18,954 nucleotides of DNA from Candidatus Caldarchaeales archaeon (GTDB lineage Archaea > Thermoproteota > Nitrososphaeria_A > Caldarchaeales > Wolframiiraptoraceae). Location of the stretch: contig JBCNVN010000028.1 of NCBI GenBank assembly GCA_039630055.1, forward strand, positions 1 through 18,954, written 5' to 3'. The position numbers and the translations under genes are program-made. Below, one piece after another: positions 7,538-16,584 of this stretch. The stretch's first letter is position 1. Every line of letters starts with the position of its first letter. The notes under the pieces are model-generated. The model was not told the DNA's origin, did not search any database, and saw nothing but the letters and a program-made list of their open reading frames with translations.

Positions 7538-7643
7538 ATCTTCTCTATAGAGTTGAGAGTAGGAGTATAAAAAATATTTCTTTCATCAATAATGAGAATA
7601 TTTATAAAAGAGGATAAAGGCATGTCTTAAGAGGCGTATAAAC

Positions 7644-8375
7644 TTGATCGTAACACATGAAGAAGTTGCCTCAAGATTTTTTAAGATAGGTTCTGGTGGA
7701 GCGGTAGTTGGAGCAGTACACATTCTAACCTTGCTGCTCGGATGGTATATTGAAACCGATAGTGGAGAGGTCATTACACTCGCAGGATACAATTTCATAG
7801 AATCATTCATTCTATCCACTATAGGGGGGATAGTGGCTGGAGTGAGCTTGTTGATTGCATACCAAGTTAAGAAATTAAATATTATGAAAGCTGTTATCGG
7901 AGGGCTAATAGTAGGTGGAGGATTATTTACCTTCTTCTCCCCAATATACATATACTTTTTCAAGATCCTCGCATTTAACCTCCGAGGTTATCCAGACCTC
8001 GGATTTTTCATAGCTATTATCACCGCTATAATCCAGCTTGGAATAGGGATACTCGTTCTCCTAACCCCACTGAAGGGAGAATTAATAGTTGCAGAAGAAG
8101 TAGCAGCCGTGGAGAGGTATCCTACATCTTCACCTCTTGAGGATATAGATATAGGTCTTCCTACGACTAGAGAAACTCGTAGACCAAGTGTGGCCCGCAT
8201 AGTCCCTGCAGAAGATGTAGAAGAAGGCGTATGCACTATATGTTACTACTCTTTAACTTATGAGAATGCTGTTAGATGTAGTTCATGTGGAGCTCTTTTC
8301 CATAGAGATTGTATAGATGCATGGGTGAGCTTAAACCGTATCTGTCCAAGCTGTAAGGCATCTATACGTGGCTAA
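7644..8375 (+). CDS. Four-transmembrane protein with C-terminal C4HC3 RING domain (putative membrane-anchored E3 ligase)
   Basis: Hydrophobic stretches at approx. aa 15-35, 51-73, 80-106 and 119-141, a polar linker, then CTIC-x11-CSSC-x4-H-x2-C-x3-W-x6-CPSC at aa 197-237. TATA-like TTTATAAAA at 7601 and GAGG at 7631 precede the TTG. Confidence 0.85.
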   Translation: MIVTHEEVASRFFKIGSGGAVVGAVHILTLLLGWYIETDSGEVITLAGYNFIESFILSTIGGIVAGVSLLIAYQVKKLNIMKAVIGGLIVGGGLFTFFSPIYIYFFKILAFNLRGYPDLGFFIAIITAIIQLGIGILVLLTPLKGELIVAEEVAAVERYPTSSPLEDIDIGLPTTRETRRPSVARIVPAEDVEEGVCTICYYSLTYENAVRCSSCGALFHRDCIDAWVSLNRICPSCKASIRG

Positions 8376-8848
8376 GAAAAGCTCTCCCTAATGAAAGATC
8401 CTAGATAGTATGCTGATACAATAACTATGGTAGTTAGTATTAGGTGCTCTACAATTATCTTGATCTCCCTCCTGTTCTGTTTTTTGGCCATATAATAACT
8501 GAAGAACGATATTAATCCAAATCCCCATATTATGCTTGCGTAAGTGGTATAGATCGGGTCAAGCAACAACACAGGTACTAAAAAGCTGAGCGTAAAGACT
8601 AGTTTGGAGAATAGAGTAGATATTGTGGCCTCTATTATCTCTATACTTGTATGCTCGCCTTCAGCCTCTTCTGAAACATGGATCCCCATAGCATCTGAGA
8701 GAGAGTCTGCGAGGGCTAGAATAAGTATTCCCGTAACTACTGCAGGCTTAGACTGGGTGCCAGATTCTAAACCAATGATTATACCTAGAGTAGTTATGAC
8801 TCCTGAGGTCAAGCCGAATCCCATACCTTTGGAGAATGTTATTCTCAC
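8372..8848 (-). CDS. VIT1/CCC1-like membrane protein (putative Fe/Mn transporter)
   Basis: FGLTSGVITTLGIIIG and G.....LADSLSDAMG.HVSE..E resemble VIT family TM1/TM2; about 5 hydrophobic segments; GTG start. Confidence 0.7.
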   Translation of the reverse strand: MRITFSKGMGFGLTSGVITTLGIIIGLESGTQSKPAVVTGILILALADSLSDAMGIHVSEEAEGEHTSIEIIEATISTLFSKLVFTLSFLVPVLLLDPIYTTYASIIWGFGLISFFSYYMAKKQNRREIKIIVEHLILTTIVIVSAYYLGSFIRESFS

Positions 8849-9195
8849 AGCTTATCATATTTCATCGTTTATCACAATTATTAAATTCTTCGAGAACATC
8901 AAAGTACAAGTATTTACCAGTATTCTCTTCTCTCTTTAAACTTTCTCAAGCTATGTTATCCCGACACATCCATAATAAGCTTAAAATATCCGCCACAATC
9001 ATTTAATATCTTCTCAATATAGAGTATAACCCATTTTCATCCATCTTAATTCTAGAGTTGTAGTTAAAGTATAGATTACCTTCAAACATACAATCTCTAT
9101 AAATTTTTAGAGGTCTGAAATAACCTGATTATAGTTATATAAATTCATCATCTTTATATTATGCAGGAACATCTCCCATATCTAGGTAAAATACT

Positions 9196-10677
9196 TTGGC
9201 CAGATTAGAAGACCAAATTCAAAAGTATGAAGCAGTTATCAGGCTAGCATTAGAACGTGGATTCTTCTATCCATCATCAGAGATCTATAGCGATGCTCCT
9301 GCAGGTTTCTGGGATTACGGTCCCCTCGGAGTATCACTGAAAAGAAAATTTGTCGAGCTCTGGAGAAGAGAACTAGTGAGAAGAGATTCTATGATCGAGA
9401 TAGATGGAGCACAGGTACTTTCAAGAAATGTCTTTGTAGCTTCAGGACACTTAAAGAGTTTTGTAGATCCTATTGCTAAATGCTCAAAATGTAGAGCGGT
9501 CTACAGGGTTGATAAACTGATCGAAGAGACTGCAGGCATATACATACCTGAAAGGCTTGACCTGTACAAGATAGAGGAACTAATCGTAAAGAACAATATA
9601 AGATGTCCTAAATGTAGGGGTGAGCTGACCGATCTCTCACACTTCAACATGATGTTTAAGCTCGATGTAGGGGCTACTGGAGTAGATGCATATCTAAGAC
9701 CCGAAACATGTCAATCAATATTCGTAGATTTTCTAAGATTATTCAAGGTTATGAGATGCAAGCTACCCATCGGGTTCGCTCAGGTTGGAAAAAGTTTTAG
9801 GAATGAGATATCGCCCAGACAGGGACTGATAAGGATGAGAGAGTTTTACCAAGCTGAGATAGAAGTATTCTTCAATCCTAAGAAAGTCAATGATTTACCT
9901 AAAGCCGAACCAATAATGGATTATACACTAAGACTTAAACCATTAGGGTCAAACGATATCTTTGAGATCTCGTGTAGGGAAGCATTAGAAAGAAAATTAT
10001 TGTCAAGCCAGCTGGTTGCTTATTATCTTGCACTTATCCAGCAATTCTATGAGAAGGCTGGAATACCTAGAAGTAAGATTAGGCTTAGACAGTTAGGGGA
10101 GGATGAGAGAGCATTCTATGCTATTGAAGCTTGGGATCTGGAGGTGGAGACCAGTCTAGGTTGGATTGAGCTAGTTGCATGTAACAATAGGGGAGATTAC
10201 GATCTTGGTGGACATCAGAAGGTGAGCGGACATGAGATGACGGTTCAAGATGATGATGGAAAAGTTCTACCCCACGTCTTTGAGCTATCTATGGGTATAG
10301 ATAGAAGCATATACTGTATTATGGAGTCTGCATTCACGAATGTTGATGGACGGAGAGTGTTGAGAATAAATCCTGAGCTTGCACCTATACATGTCGCGGT
10401 ACTCCCATTAATCTCGAGAGATCCTCTAATAAGCAAATCAAGAGAGATATATGATTTGCTGAGATTAGATTACGACGTAATATATGATGATTCAGGAAGT
10501 ATAGGTAGAAGATATGCTAGACAAGATGAGATAGGTACACCATACTGTATCACTGTAGACCATCAGACACTTGAAGATGACACCGTGACTATCAGAGAAA
10601 GAGATACGTCTCATCAAGTAAGGATAGAGATCTCGAGACTTCCAGACTTCTTTGCTAAGATATTCAGAATATCTTAA
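9196..10677 (+). CDS. glyS: Glycine--tRNA ligase (archaeal/eukaryotic alpha2 type)
   Basis: RGFFYPSSEIY...GFWDYGPLG, YLRPETCQ, GKSFRNEISPRQGLIRMREF.QAE, E.SMGIDR, SGSIGRRYARQDEIGTP. Confidence 0.97.
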   Translation: MARLEDQIQKYEAVIRLALERGFFYPSSEIYSDAPAGFWDYGPLGVSLKRKFVELWRRELVRRDSMIEIDGAQVLSRNVFVASGHLKSFVDPIAKCSKCRAVYRVDKLIEETAGIYIPERLDLYKIEELIVKNNIRCPKCRGELTDLSHFNMMFKLDVGATGVDAYLRPETCQSIFVDFLRLFKVMRCKLPIGFAQVGKSFRNEISPRQGLIRMREFYQAEIEVFFNPKKVNDLPKAEPIMDYTLRLKPLGSNDIFEISCREALERKLLSSQLVAYYLALIQQFYEKAGIPRSKIRLRQLGEDERAFYAIEAWDLEVETSLGWIELVACNNRGDYDLGGHQKVSGHEMTVQDDDGKVLPHVFELSMGIDRSIYCIMESAFTNVDGRRVLRINPELAPIHVAVLPLISRDPLISKSREIYDLLRLDYDVIYDDSGSIGRRYARQDEIGTPYCITVDHQTLEDDTVTIRERDTSHQVRIEISRLPDFFAKIFRIS

Positions 10678-10724
10678 GATTTGATGGGCTTGGAGATTTA
10701 TGTAGAATAAACCCTGCCGACAAC

Positions 10725-10765
10725 TTCCATATACATCTAGTCTCCCTAGATGTCTAGATATGGGA
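10725..10765. other. Stem-loop downstream of glyS (possible terminator or protein-binding dyad)
   Basis: ACATCTAG-tctcc-CTAGATGT (10733-10753), extendable by CCATAT/ATATGG pairing across a 4-nt bulge. Confidence 0.35.
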
Positions 10766-10842
10766 CTCTAAGCTAAGGAAAAGACTTAATAGATATTGAA
10801 GATAATGTATATTCAGAGAAGATTCAGAATTGGTGGATAGAC

Positions 10843-11508
10843 ATGGTTCTTCCTAGAGATAGAGAAGAAGAATTCCAAATAAGAATCTTTACCTTTGTTC
10901 AAGACCAGATCAGAAAGATAATCGATATGTATAAGATAGTGTTAGACATGTTGGAGAACTTCGTCCATGAACTCAATATTTCCAAGCTGGAAGAATTCTA
11001 TCAAAGGATCTTGAAGGCGGATGAATCTGCTAAAGAGACTGGAAGGATGATCGAGATGGAGATGAATAATGTGGGTGCTCTCCTTACGAATAAAGAAGAT
11101 TTTATCAGGCTTGTAACAGAGATCGATGAGATTGCAGACACGGTTGAGGGGGTCGCCTATAGATTGGTCAACTTAGCCAAGATGAAGACTAGGCTTAACA
11201 AAGAACTGAACAACAAGTTACTCGGACTTGGAGATATGGTTCTCTCCACGTTAAATAGGCTTCGAGAATCAATACTGGCAATCACATTAAATATAACTAC
11301 ATTTCAGCAGAAGATTCGAGAGACAGAAGAGCATGAGAAGAAGGTTGACGAAATATATCGTACACTCGACTTAGCAATACTTACAAGCGATCTGAAGATA
11401 GCTCCTCTACTGCTAACTAGAGAGATTGTCTTGATGCTTGAAGAGATCGCCGATACCGCTGAACGTATAGTGGATACTCTTAGAGCGCTCTCTCTGACAG
11501 TATTCTAA
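10843..11508 (+). CDS. DUF47/PhoU-like phosphate transport regulator family protein
   Basis: All-helical 221-aa protein with KEDFIRLV.EIDEIAD..E, E...DEIYR and LEEIADTAE...D motifs; SD GGTGG upstream. Confidence 0.8.
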   Translation: MVLPRDREEEFQIRIFTFVQDQIRKIIDMYKIVLDMLENFVHELNISKLEEFYQRILKADESAKETGRMIEMEMNNVGALLTNKEDFIRLVTEIDEIADTVEGVAYRLVNLAKMKTRLNKELNNKLLGLGDMVLSTLNRLRESILAITLNITTFQQKIRETEEHEKKVDEIYRTLDLAILTSDLKIAPLLLTREIVLMLEEIADTAERIVDTLRALSLTVF

Positions 11509-11511
11509 TCA

Positions 11512-12066
11512 ATGGTGGATAATTTGATAAAGGCTGAATTATTAGAAGATTCTGTAATAGTCTGGGATATTGAAGATGGGAGAAAACTGTATAGAAGAGG
11601 ATTTTATGGAAAACCGCTAGGTATATCGAAACCCAAGACACCCGATTTCAACGTACCTTTGATCCTAGATATAATCGAAGCAGTATACCTATCTGAGAAA
11701 GGCGAGATCGAGGTATATTCTTCTGAGAGGAAGCTGTCTGTAGAAGAATTAAGGGAGAATGCTTTGAAAAGTTATGAGAATTTCGATGAAAAATACAGCA
11801 TCTATAAAGACTTGAGGGAGAGAGGCTTCATAGTAACTCCAGGTATAAAGTTTGGAAGCGACTTTGCAGTCTATAGAATCGGTCCAGGCCTAGAGCATGC
11901 TCCATTCATAGTTCAAGTTAAGATGAGGGATGAATATATCTCAGCCCTAGAAGTTATCAGGTCTGGTAGGTTGGCCACGACAGTTAAGAAATACTTCACC
12001 ATAGCGGTGCCAGGAATAAAGAGTGGAAGAAACTATTACATAATCTTTGAATGGTGGAAGCCTTAG
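11512..12066 (+). CDS. endA: tRNA-splicing endonuclease, catalytic (alpha) subunit
   Basis: LDIIEAVYL, YKDLRERGF.V.PGIKFGSDFAVY...PG.EHAPF and R....VKK give an intact Tyr/His/Lys triad. It also carries a GFYGKPLGISKPK loop. Confidence 0.93.
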   Translation: MVDNLIKAELLEDSVIVWDIEDGRKLYRRGFYGKPLGISKPKTPDFNVPLILDIIEAVYLSEKGEIEVYSSERKLSVEELRENALKSYENFDEKYSIYKDLRERGFIVTPGIKFGSDFAVYRIGPGLEHAPFIVQVKMRDEYISALEVIRSGRLATTVKKYFTIAVPGIKSGRNYYIIFEWWKP

Positions 12067-12293
12067 AACTGAAGATTTATTCGTCATTATATCTACATGC
12101 CATCTCCAAAAAGAGACGACTTATAGTATACTCTTGTAAAATGGCTTTAACTATCTCTAATCGTCTCTTAAGATCTTTATAGCTAAAGGACATATATATG
12201 CGAGTCAACTCTAAACCTTAAACTCAGAAGAAATCCTCCACTCGAAAAATATTAATCAATTATGATTCTTTAAATTTTTAAATTATTTCGCTT

Positions 12294-13397
12294 CTATATT
12301 AGCCCAGTCTCTCTTAATAGTTGTATCGCTTCATCCTCGGTCGGTCTACGTTTATGCAGTATAGTATATCTATCCGGTCTAATATCGGTAGAGTGAATTA
12401 ATGCTTTCACAGCTACTTCTACAGGTATCTCTAACTCTTTAAGACTTAATGGTATACCAGCCCTCTCCATATAGCTTCTAAGCTTCTTCCAACCATATTC
12501 TGGATTCTTCCACCAGTTTGGATTATGTAATTCATGGTATAGAGAAGTTGGTAATGTACCTATAGCGGTCTGAACCCCATGTGGTGCTCTCTTCGGAGAA
12601 TACATATCTAGATAATGGCTGAATAGATGTTCACTGCCTGATGCAGGTCTAGAAGAACCAGCAATCATCATCGATATCCCAGAATATACTAGTGCTTCTG
12701 CTAATGCTTCATAGTTTTCACTATCGCCACTCTTTAGAGCATCTACTACTAGGCCTATAGATCTAAGAGTGTACTTTTCAGCCGTATAACAGTATTCTTC
12801 TCTTAGTTCATCTCTACCCAACTGCCAATCTTTTATCGAGACGACTTTAGCTAAAACATCTCCAAACCCTGATGCGGTAAGAATTCTTGGAGCCGTCGAG
12901 ATTATATCTAGATCTATCAGAGAGAATATGGGAGCACGGGTTATAACAGATCTTCTACCGCCTTCATAGAATAGAGAAACCACTGGTGATACTATACCAT
13001 CATGAGATAGGGCGGTAGGTATAGAGATGAAGGGTATCTGATGTTTATATGCAATGTACTTACCAACGTCTATTACTGTCCCTCCTCCTACAGCTAGAAC
13101 CCCTCCAACCCCTCTAGACAATATATAAATTCTCTCCGCCTCTCTAAATGTAGGTTCTGAGACCTCGAATCCAATGCCTTTCACTAATCTCACAATCTTT
13201 TCTCCAGCTATCTTCAAAGTTGTCTTATCATAGAATACTCCAAAAGGCTTCTTAATATCGAGTCTTTCTAAGAGATTTGGAAGATCACCAAGTATACCAC
13301 TCCCTATGATAACCTCTCTCAATACACTTTCATGGCTAAGACTGCATCCACAATCTTGTCTACTGGGAGTGATATCCTTTACACTGATGATCCTCAA
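12294..13397 (-). CDS. egsA: sn-glycerol-1-phosphate dehydrogenase
   Basis: GGGTVIDVGKY, PTALSHDGIVSP, SGFGD, DWQL, GSSRPASGSEHLFSHYLD, HGVQ and R..RYTIL motifs. Confidence 0.93.
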   Translation of the reverse strand: MRIISVKDITPSRQDCGCSLSHESVLREVIIGSGILGDLPNLLERLDIKKPFGVFYDKTTLKIAGEKIVRLVKGIGFEVSEPTFREAERIYILSRGVGGVLAVGGGTVIDVGKYIAYKHQIPFISIPTALSHDGIVSPVVSLFYEGGRRSVITRAPIFSLIDLDIISTAPRILTASGFGDVLAKVVSIKDWQLGRDELREEYCYTAEKYTLRSIGLVVDALKSGDSENYEALAEALVYSGISMMIAGSSRPASGSEHLFSHYLDMYSPKRAPHGVQTAIGTLPTSLYHELHNPNWWKNPEYGWKKLRSYMERAGIPLSLKELEIPVEVAVKALIHSTDIRPDRYTILHKRRPTEDEAIQLLRETGLI

Positions 13398-13449
13398 TTT
13401 TCTATTTAATATCTATATAGTATAATTTTAGTTTGCTGTAGCTGAACCT

Positions 13450-14817
13450 TTACTTTAACATCAGTTCCTCGAATCTTCTAAGTTCTTCAACGCTCCTCCT
13501 AATATCTGAGAAGAGTTTCTTCACATTATTTACATCTTCGACCGTTATCTCATCTCTCCCATTTCCTTTAGCTATCTCCATCCCTGGTCTTAGGAGCTGT
13601 ACAGCATACCTAAGCGTGGATCCTACCCCTATATCTGTTAGAGCCTCTAACGCTGCCTCAGAGACCTTGACCTTCTCTTCTGCAGCCCTTATCTCAAGTA
13701 TCTTTCTAACCTCATCCCTCGTATAAGGTCTCGTGCTTATAATCAATAATCTATCCAGCAGGTCGAGAGGTATTCCATGTGGAGACTCTATATCTGTACC
13801 TCTAACTTTCGTCACTCCTCTATTGCTTGCAAAGATGAGGATTGGTGCAAGCTCACTCTCCATAGCGCCATTTAAGAATGAAAATGCTTCGATATCCAGT
13901 AAATGTACTTCGTCGATAAAGAGTACTCCCGGAATTATCTCTGCAGTCCCCTCTTCAAGTCTCTTCTTAACCATTTCATCAACATCCTTTCTTATCTCTG
14001 AATCAATCTCTCTCGAGGTCGAACCACCAAAGAAGAGACTGAATAATCCTCCACCCCTCTGCTGGGCAGATATCTGGTCTAGATCATGTAATGTTAATAC
14101 ATATACGAATTCCTTGTTCTTCTCCACTGGGCCGCCAGGTCTCGATATAGGCTTCTCCTCCCACGTAGTTATCTCATATTTCTCAGATGCCTCTTCAGAT
14201 CTACCCAGCTTCGTAACTTTGCCAGTCTCCGCATCTATCATTATTACATCTCCTATAGTTATACCTTGCTGGATTAGGTGGATAGCTATGCTCTGCCCGG
14301 CTCTGAAGGTTCTCCTATCGTCTTTAGTGGCTAAGCCTATAACTACGTGGTCTGGAATCTCTTGATAAGGATTATAGGGATGTTTCCTAGTTTTTATATC
14401 TAGTTGTGTGACCTCACCCTCATATACGCGTCTCTGCTCTCTTAATCTTACACCTATCGCTTTTCTCATCGATTGGGTGAGGACCTCAGTCTTCTTCAAC
14501 TCAGATGAATATATCTCTGAACCGCTCAAGGCCACGAATGGAACATCTCTACCAAGCTCTTTAGCTATTGCGTAGGCTATGGCTGTCTTTCCAGTTCCCG
14601 GTGGACCGGCAAAGAGAACCGCTCTGCCAGCCATCCTACCTTCTTTAATCATCTTTACGACTATTCCAGCTGCTTCTCTAGCCTCGATCTGTCCAACTAG
14701 ACCATCAGCTATCGGTTTAGCTCTCAAACCGTCAAGTCCTAATCCTTTGATGTGGGAGTGGGCTCCAACTCTCGTAATCCTCCTACTCGTATAATCGGTT
14801 ATATCTGTTAAAGCCAT
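13450..14817 (-). CDS. TIP49/RuvB-like (Rvb1/Rvb2 homologue) AAA+ ATPase
   Basis: AHSHIKGLGL, GLVGQ..AREAAG, Walker A GPPGTGKT, KKTEVL, PGVLFIDEVH and SPHGIPLDLLDRL. Confidence 0.95.
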   Translation of the reverse strand: MALTDITDYTSRRITRVGAHSHIKGLGLDGLRAKPIADGLVGQIEAREAAGIVVKMIKEGRMAGRAVLFAGPPGTGKTAIAYAIAKELGRDVPFVALSGSEIYSSELKKTEVLTQSMRKAIGVRLREQRRVYEGEVTQLDIKTRKHPYNPYQEIPDHVVIGLATKDDRRTFRAGQSIAIHLIQQGITIGDVIMIDAETGKVTKLGRSEEASEKYEITTWEEKPISRPGGPVEKNKEFVYVLTLHDLDQISAQQRGGGLFSLFFGGSTSREIDSEIRKDVDEMVKKRLEEGTAEIIPGVLFIDEVHLLDIEAFSFLNGAMESELAPILIFASNRGVTKVRGTDIESPHGIPLDLLDRLLIISTRPYTRDEVRKILEIRAAEEKVKVSEAALEALTDIGVGSTLRYAVQLLRPGMEIAKGNGRDEITVEDVNNVKKLFSDIRRSVEELRRFEELMLK

Positions 14818-14922
14818 CTCGACCCTAGTCTAAGAGAAGTTGAACTAGAATAAATCCATAACTTTATGATGGGATGATTTTGTAAGAAAGATTTTAATAT
14901 TCTTGAAATATCTTATCATTGT

Positions 14923-15594
14923 ATGGTTACGATAAAGTGGCTGGGCCACTCGGCCTTCGAGATAGAGATCGCAGATAAAATTGTGATGATAGATCCTTTT
15001 CTAAAGGATAATCCCTTATCCCCGATAAGACTAGAAGATCTAAGACATATAGACATAATAGTGATTACTCATGATCATGGAGACCATTTTGGAGACTCTG
15101 TAGAGATAGCCAAGAAGCATGGATCAAAGATTATATCAGTATATGAGACAGCGAATAAAGCTCTCAGTCAAGGTGTAGTAGAATGTATAGGGATGAATAT
15201 AGGTGGAACCATCAAGATTGATGGTCTATCGGTAACACTAACCCCAGCCATACATTCTATGTCCTCTAACCCATGTGGTGTAGTGATCTCTGATGGAAAA
15301 GTCAGCATATATCATGCGGGAGATACGACGGTCTTCGGAGATATGAGGCTAATCGGCCAACTATATAAACCGACTGTAGCTCTTCTACCTATAGGTGGAT
15401 TCTATACGGCTGGACCGAGAGAAGCGGCCATGGCCACATACTTGATAAAGCCCAAGATTGTCATCCCCATGCATTATGATACTTTTGATGTGATTAGGAG
15501 GGATCCAGAAGAATTTAAACGTGAAGTTAGGAGGATGAAGATAAAAGGAGTGAAGATAGTAGTATTGAAGCCGGGGGAGAGCTTTAAACTATAA
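14923..15594 (+). CDS. Metallo-beta-lactamase-fold metal-dependent hydrolase (UPF0173-like)
   Basis: WLGHSAF, IDPFL..NP, THDHGDH.GD, GMNIGG, YHAGDT, LPIGG and IPMHYDTF. Confidence 0.9.
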   Translation: MVTIKWLGHSAFEIEIADKIVMIDPFLKDNPLSPIRLEDLRHIDIIVITHDHGDHFGDSVEIAKKHGSKIISVYETANKALSQGVVECIGMNIGGTIKIDGLSVTLTPAIHSMSSNPCGVVISDGKVSIYHAGDTTVFGDMRLIGQLYKPTVALLPIGGFYTAGPREAAMATYLIKPKIVIPMHYDTFDVIRRDPEEFKREVRRMKIKGVKIVVLKPGESFKL

Positions 15595-15685
15595 AGAACT
15601 CTGAGAGAAAACGTATAGAAAAAGTCGATTTAGAGATTGATCCTTGTAGATTTAAGATTATGGGATAGTATCGATGAGGTTAAAC

Positions 15686-16111
15686 TTATTTAATGGTAAC
15701 CAGTACAGGTAGGAGCTGTTTCAGTCTTCTAACACTCCTTATCACTCTAATCAATTCTTTAATCTTTGAAGCAACTCCAGATACAGCTATTATCTGTAAG
15801 CAGTCTTCCTCGGTTAAATGTAGATGAAGCGTAGAAGCTATAACTCCTATAAAGCGATGTTGTATATCTGTCAGCTCTTCTTCGAGACCTTTAATATCAT
15901 GCGAGTAATGTATCAGTATAACCCCGGCCACATTTTCTTCCTCTCTAAGTTTCCAAAAGTTTACAGAGATGAATGTCCGAATAGCTTCTTGTAATCCTCG
16001 AGATCTTGAACTGATCCCTATATCCTTCAACACTCTGTCAAAGCCTGCCAGAAGATCTGATGGGAAGGAGACCCCGGTCTTAACAGTCTTAGCCTTCTTC
16101 ATCTTCATCAC
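15686..16111 (-). CDS. nikR: NikR-family nickel-responsive ribbon-helix-helix regulator
   Basis: N-terminal RHH (GVSFP..LL..FD.......SRS....AIR) plus an ACT-like domain with Ni ligands IQH...LHLHL....C. The start could be GTG 16111 or ATG 16108/16102. Confidence 0.85.
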   Translation of the reverse strand: MMKMKKAKTVKTGVSFPSDLLAGFDRVLKDIGISSRSRGLQEAIRTFISVNFWKLREEENVAGVILIHYSHDIKGLEEELTDIQHRFIGVIASTLHLHLTEEDCLQIIAVSGVASKIKELIRVIRSVRRLKQLLPVLVTIK

Positions 16112-16214
16112 TAAAAATTATAAGCTAATGTTTATGATATAGTTTTAGATATCTTGATAGATGTTTGAACATAATTGTCTTCAGATAGACGATTCTGGAA
16201 GACTGTGATATTTT

Positions 16215-16514
16215 CTAGGATTTGCTCTCTCTTCTGTGTAATACTTTCTTTAGGTCTTTTATTGTTATAGCTATCCACCAGATTATTAGAGCTGACAATA
16301 CTAGAACTATGCCTAACAATGTCGATTCTACTGATACCTCTATGAATTCTCCACCTTCAAGCATGTATCCTACGAGGTGGTCTATGAAGACCATCGTAGA
16401 GGCTCCCCAAAGGATTAAACTTAGAAACTTGAGCATGTACTTATCTTCCCCTGCTTTAGTATACCATAAAGCTGTGCTCAGAATCGAAGCGATGACGAGT
16501 ATGACCAGCCACAT
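16215..16514 (-). CDS. Uncharacterised 3-TM membrane protein (paralog A; LWG-x7-DH)
   Basis: 99 aa with three hydrophobic segments and a basic C-tail; aligns by eye with the divergent neighbour. Confidence 0.75.
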   Translation of the reverse strand: MWLVILVIASILSTALWYTKAGEDKYMLKFLSLILWGASTMVFIDHLVGYMLEGGEFIEVSVESTLLGIVLVLSALIIWWIAITIKDLKKVLHRRESKS

Positions 16515-16536
16515 AAGTATTCAATAATCTTTAATA

Positions 16537-16565
16537 GTAACAATAATTTAAAAATTTGTTGTTAC
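16537..16565. promoter_or_regulatory. Putative NikR operator GTAACA-N17-TGTTAC enclosing a bidirectional TATA-like element
   Basis: Arms GTAACAATAA and TTGTTGTTAC are 9/10 complementary. The central TTTAAAAATTT (16547-16557) lies about 30 nt from both start codons. The layout resembles the E. coli NikR operator GTATGA-N16-TCATAC. Confidence 0.6.
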
Positions 16566-16584
16566 CGATAAGGAGGCGTAATAG

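Noticed and set aside
7586-8939. Opposite-strand ORFs 7586-7963, 7988-8236 and 8604-8939
   Set aside because: Antisense to the TM-RING and VIT1-like genes, which carry the recognisable motifs.
8849-9195. 347-nt spacer before glyS as a pseudogene or riboswitch/T-box
   Set aside because: Only short broken frames with no identifiable product and no structured leader seen; T-boxes are bacterial.
13330-13397. CGC..H motif in the EgsA N-terminal extension as an extra metal site
   Set aside because: A single short motif with an uncertain start codon and no comparative support.
13733-14794. 210-aa and 71-aa plus-strand ORFs inside TIP49
   Set aside because: Ser/Ile-rich antisense shadows of a highly conserved gene.
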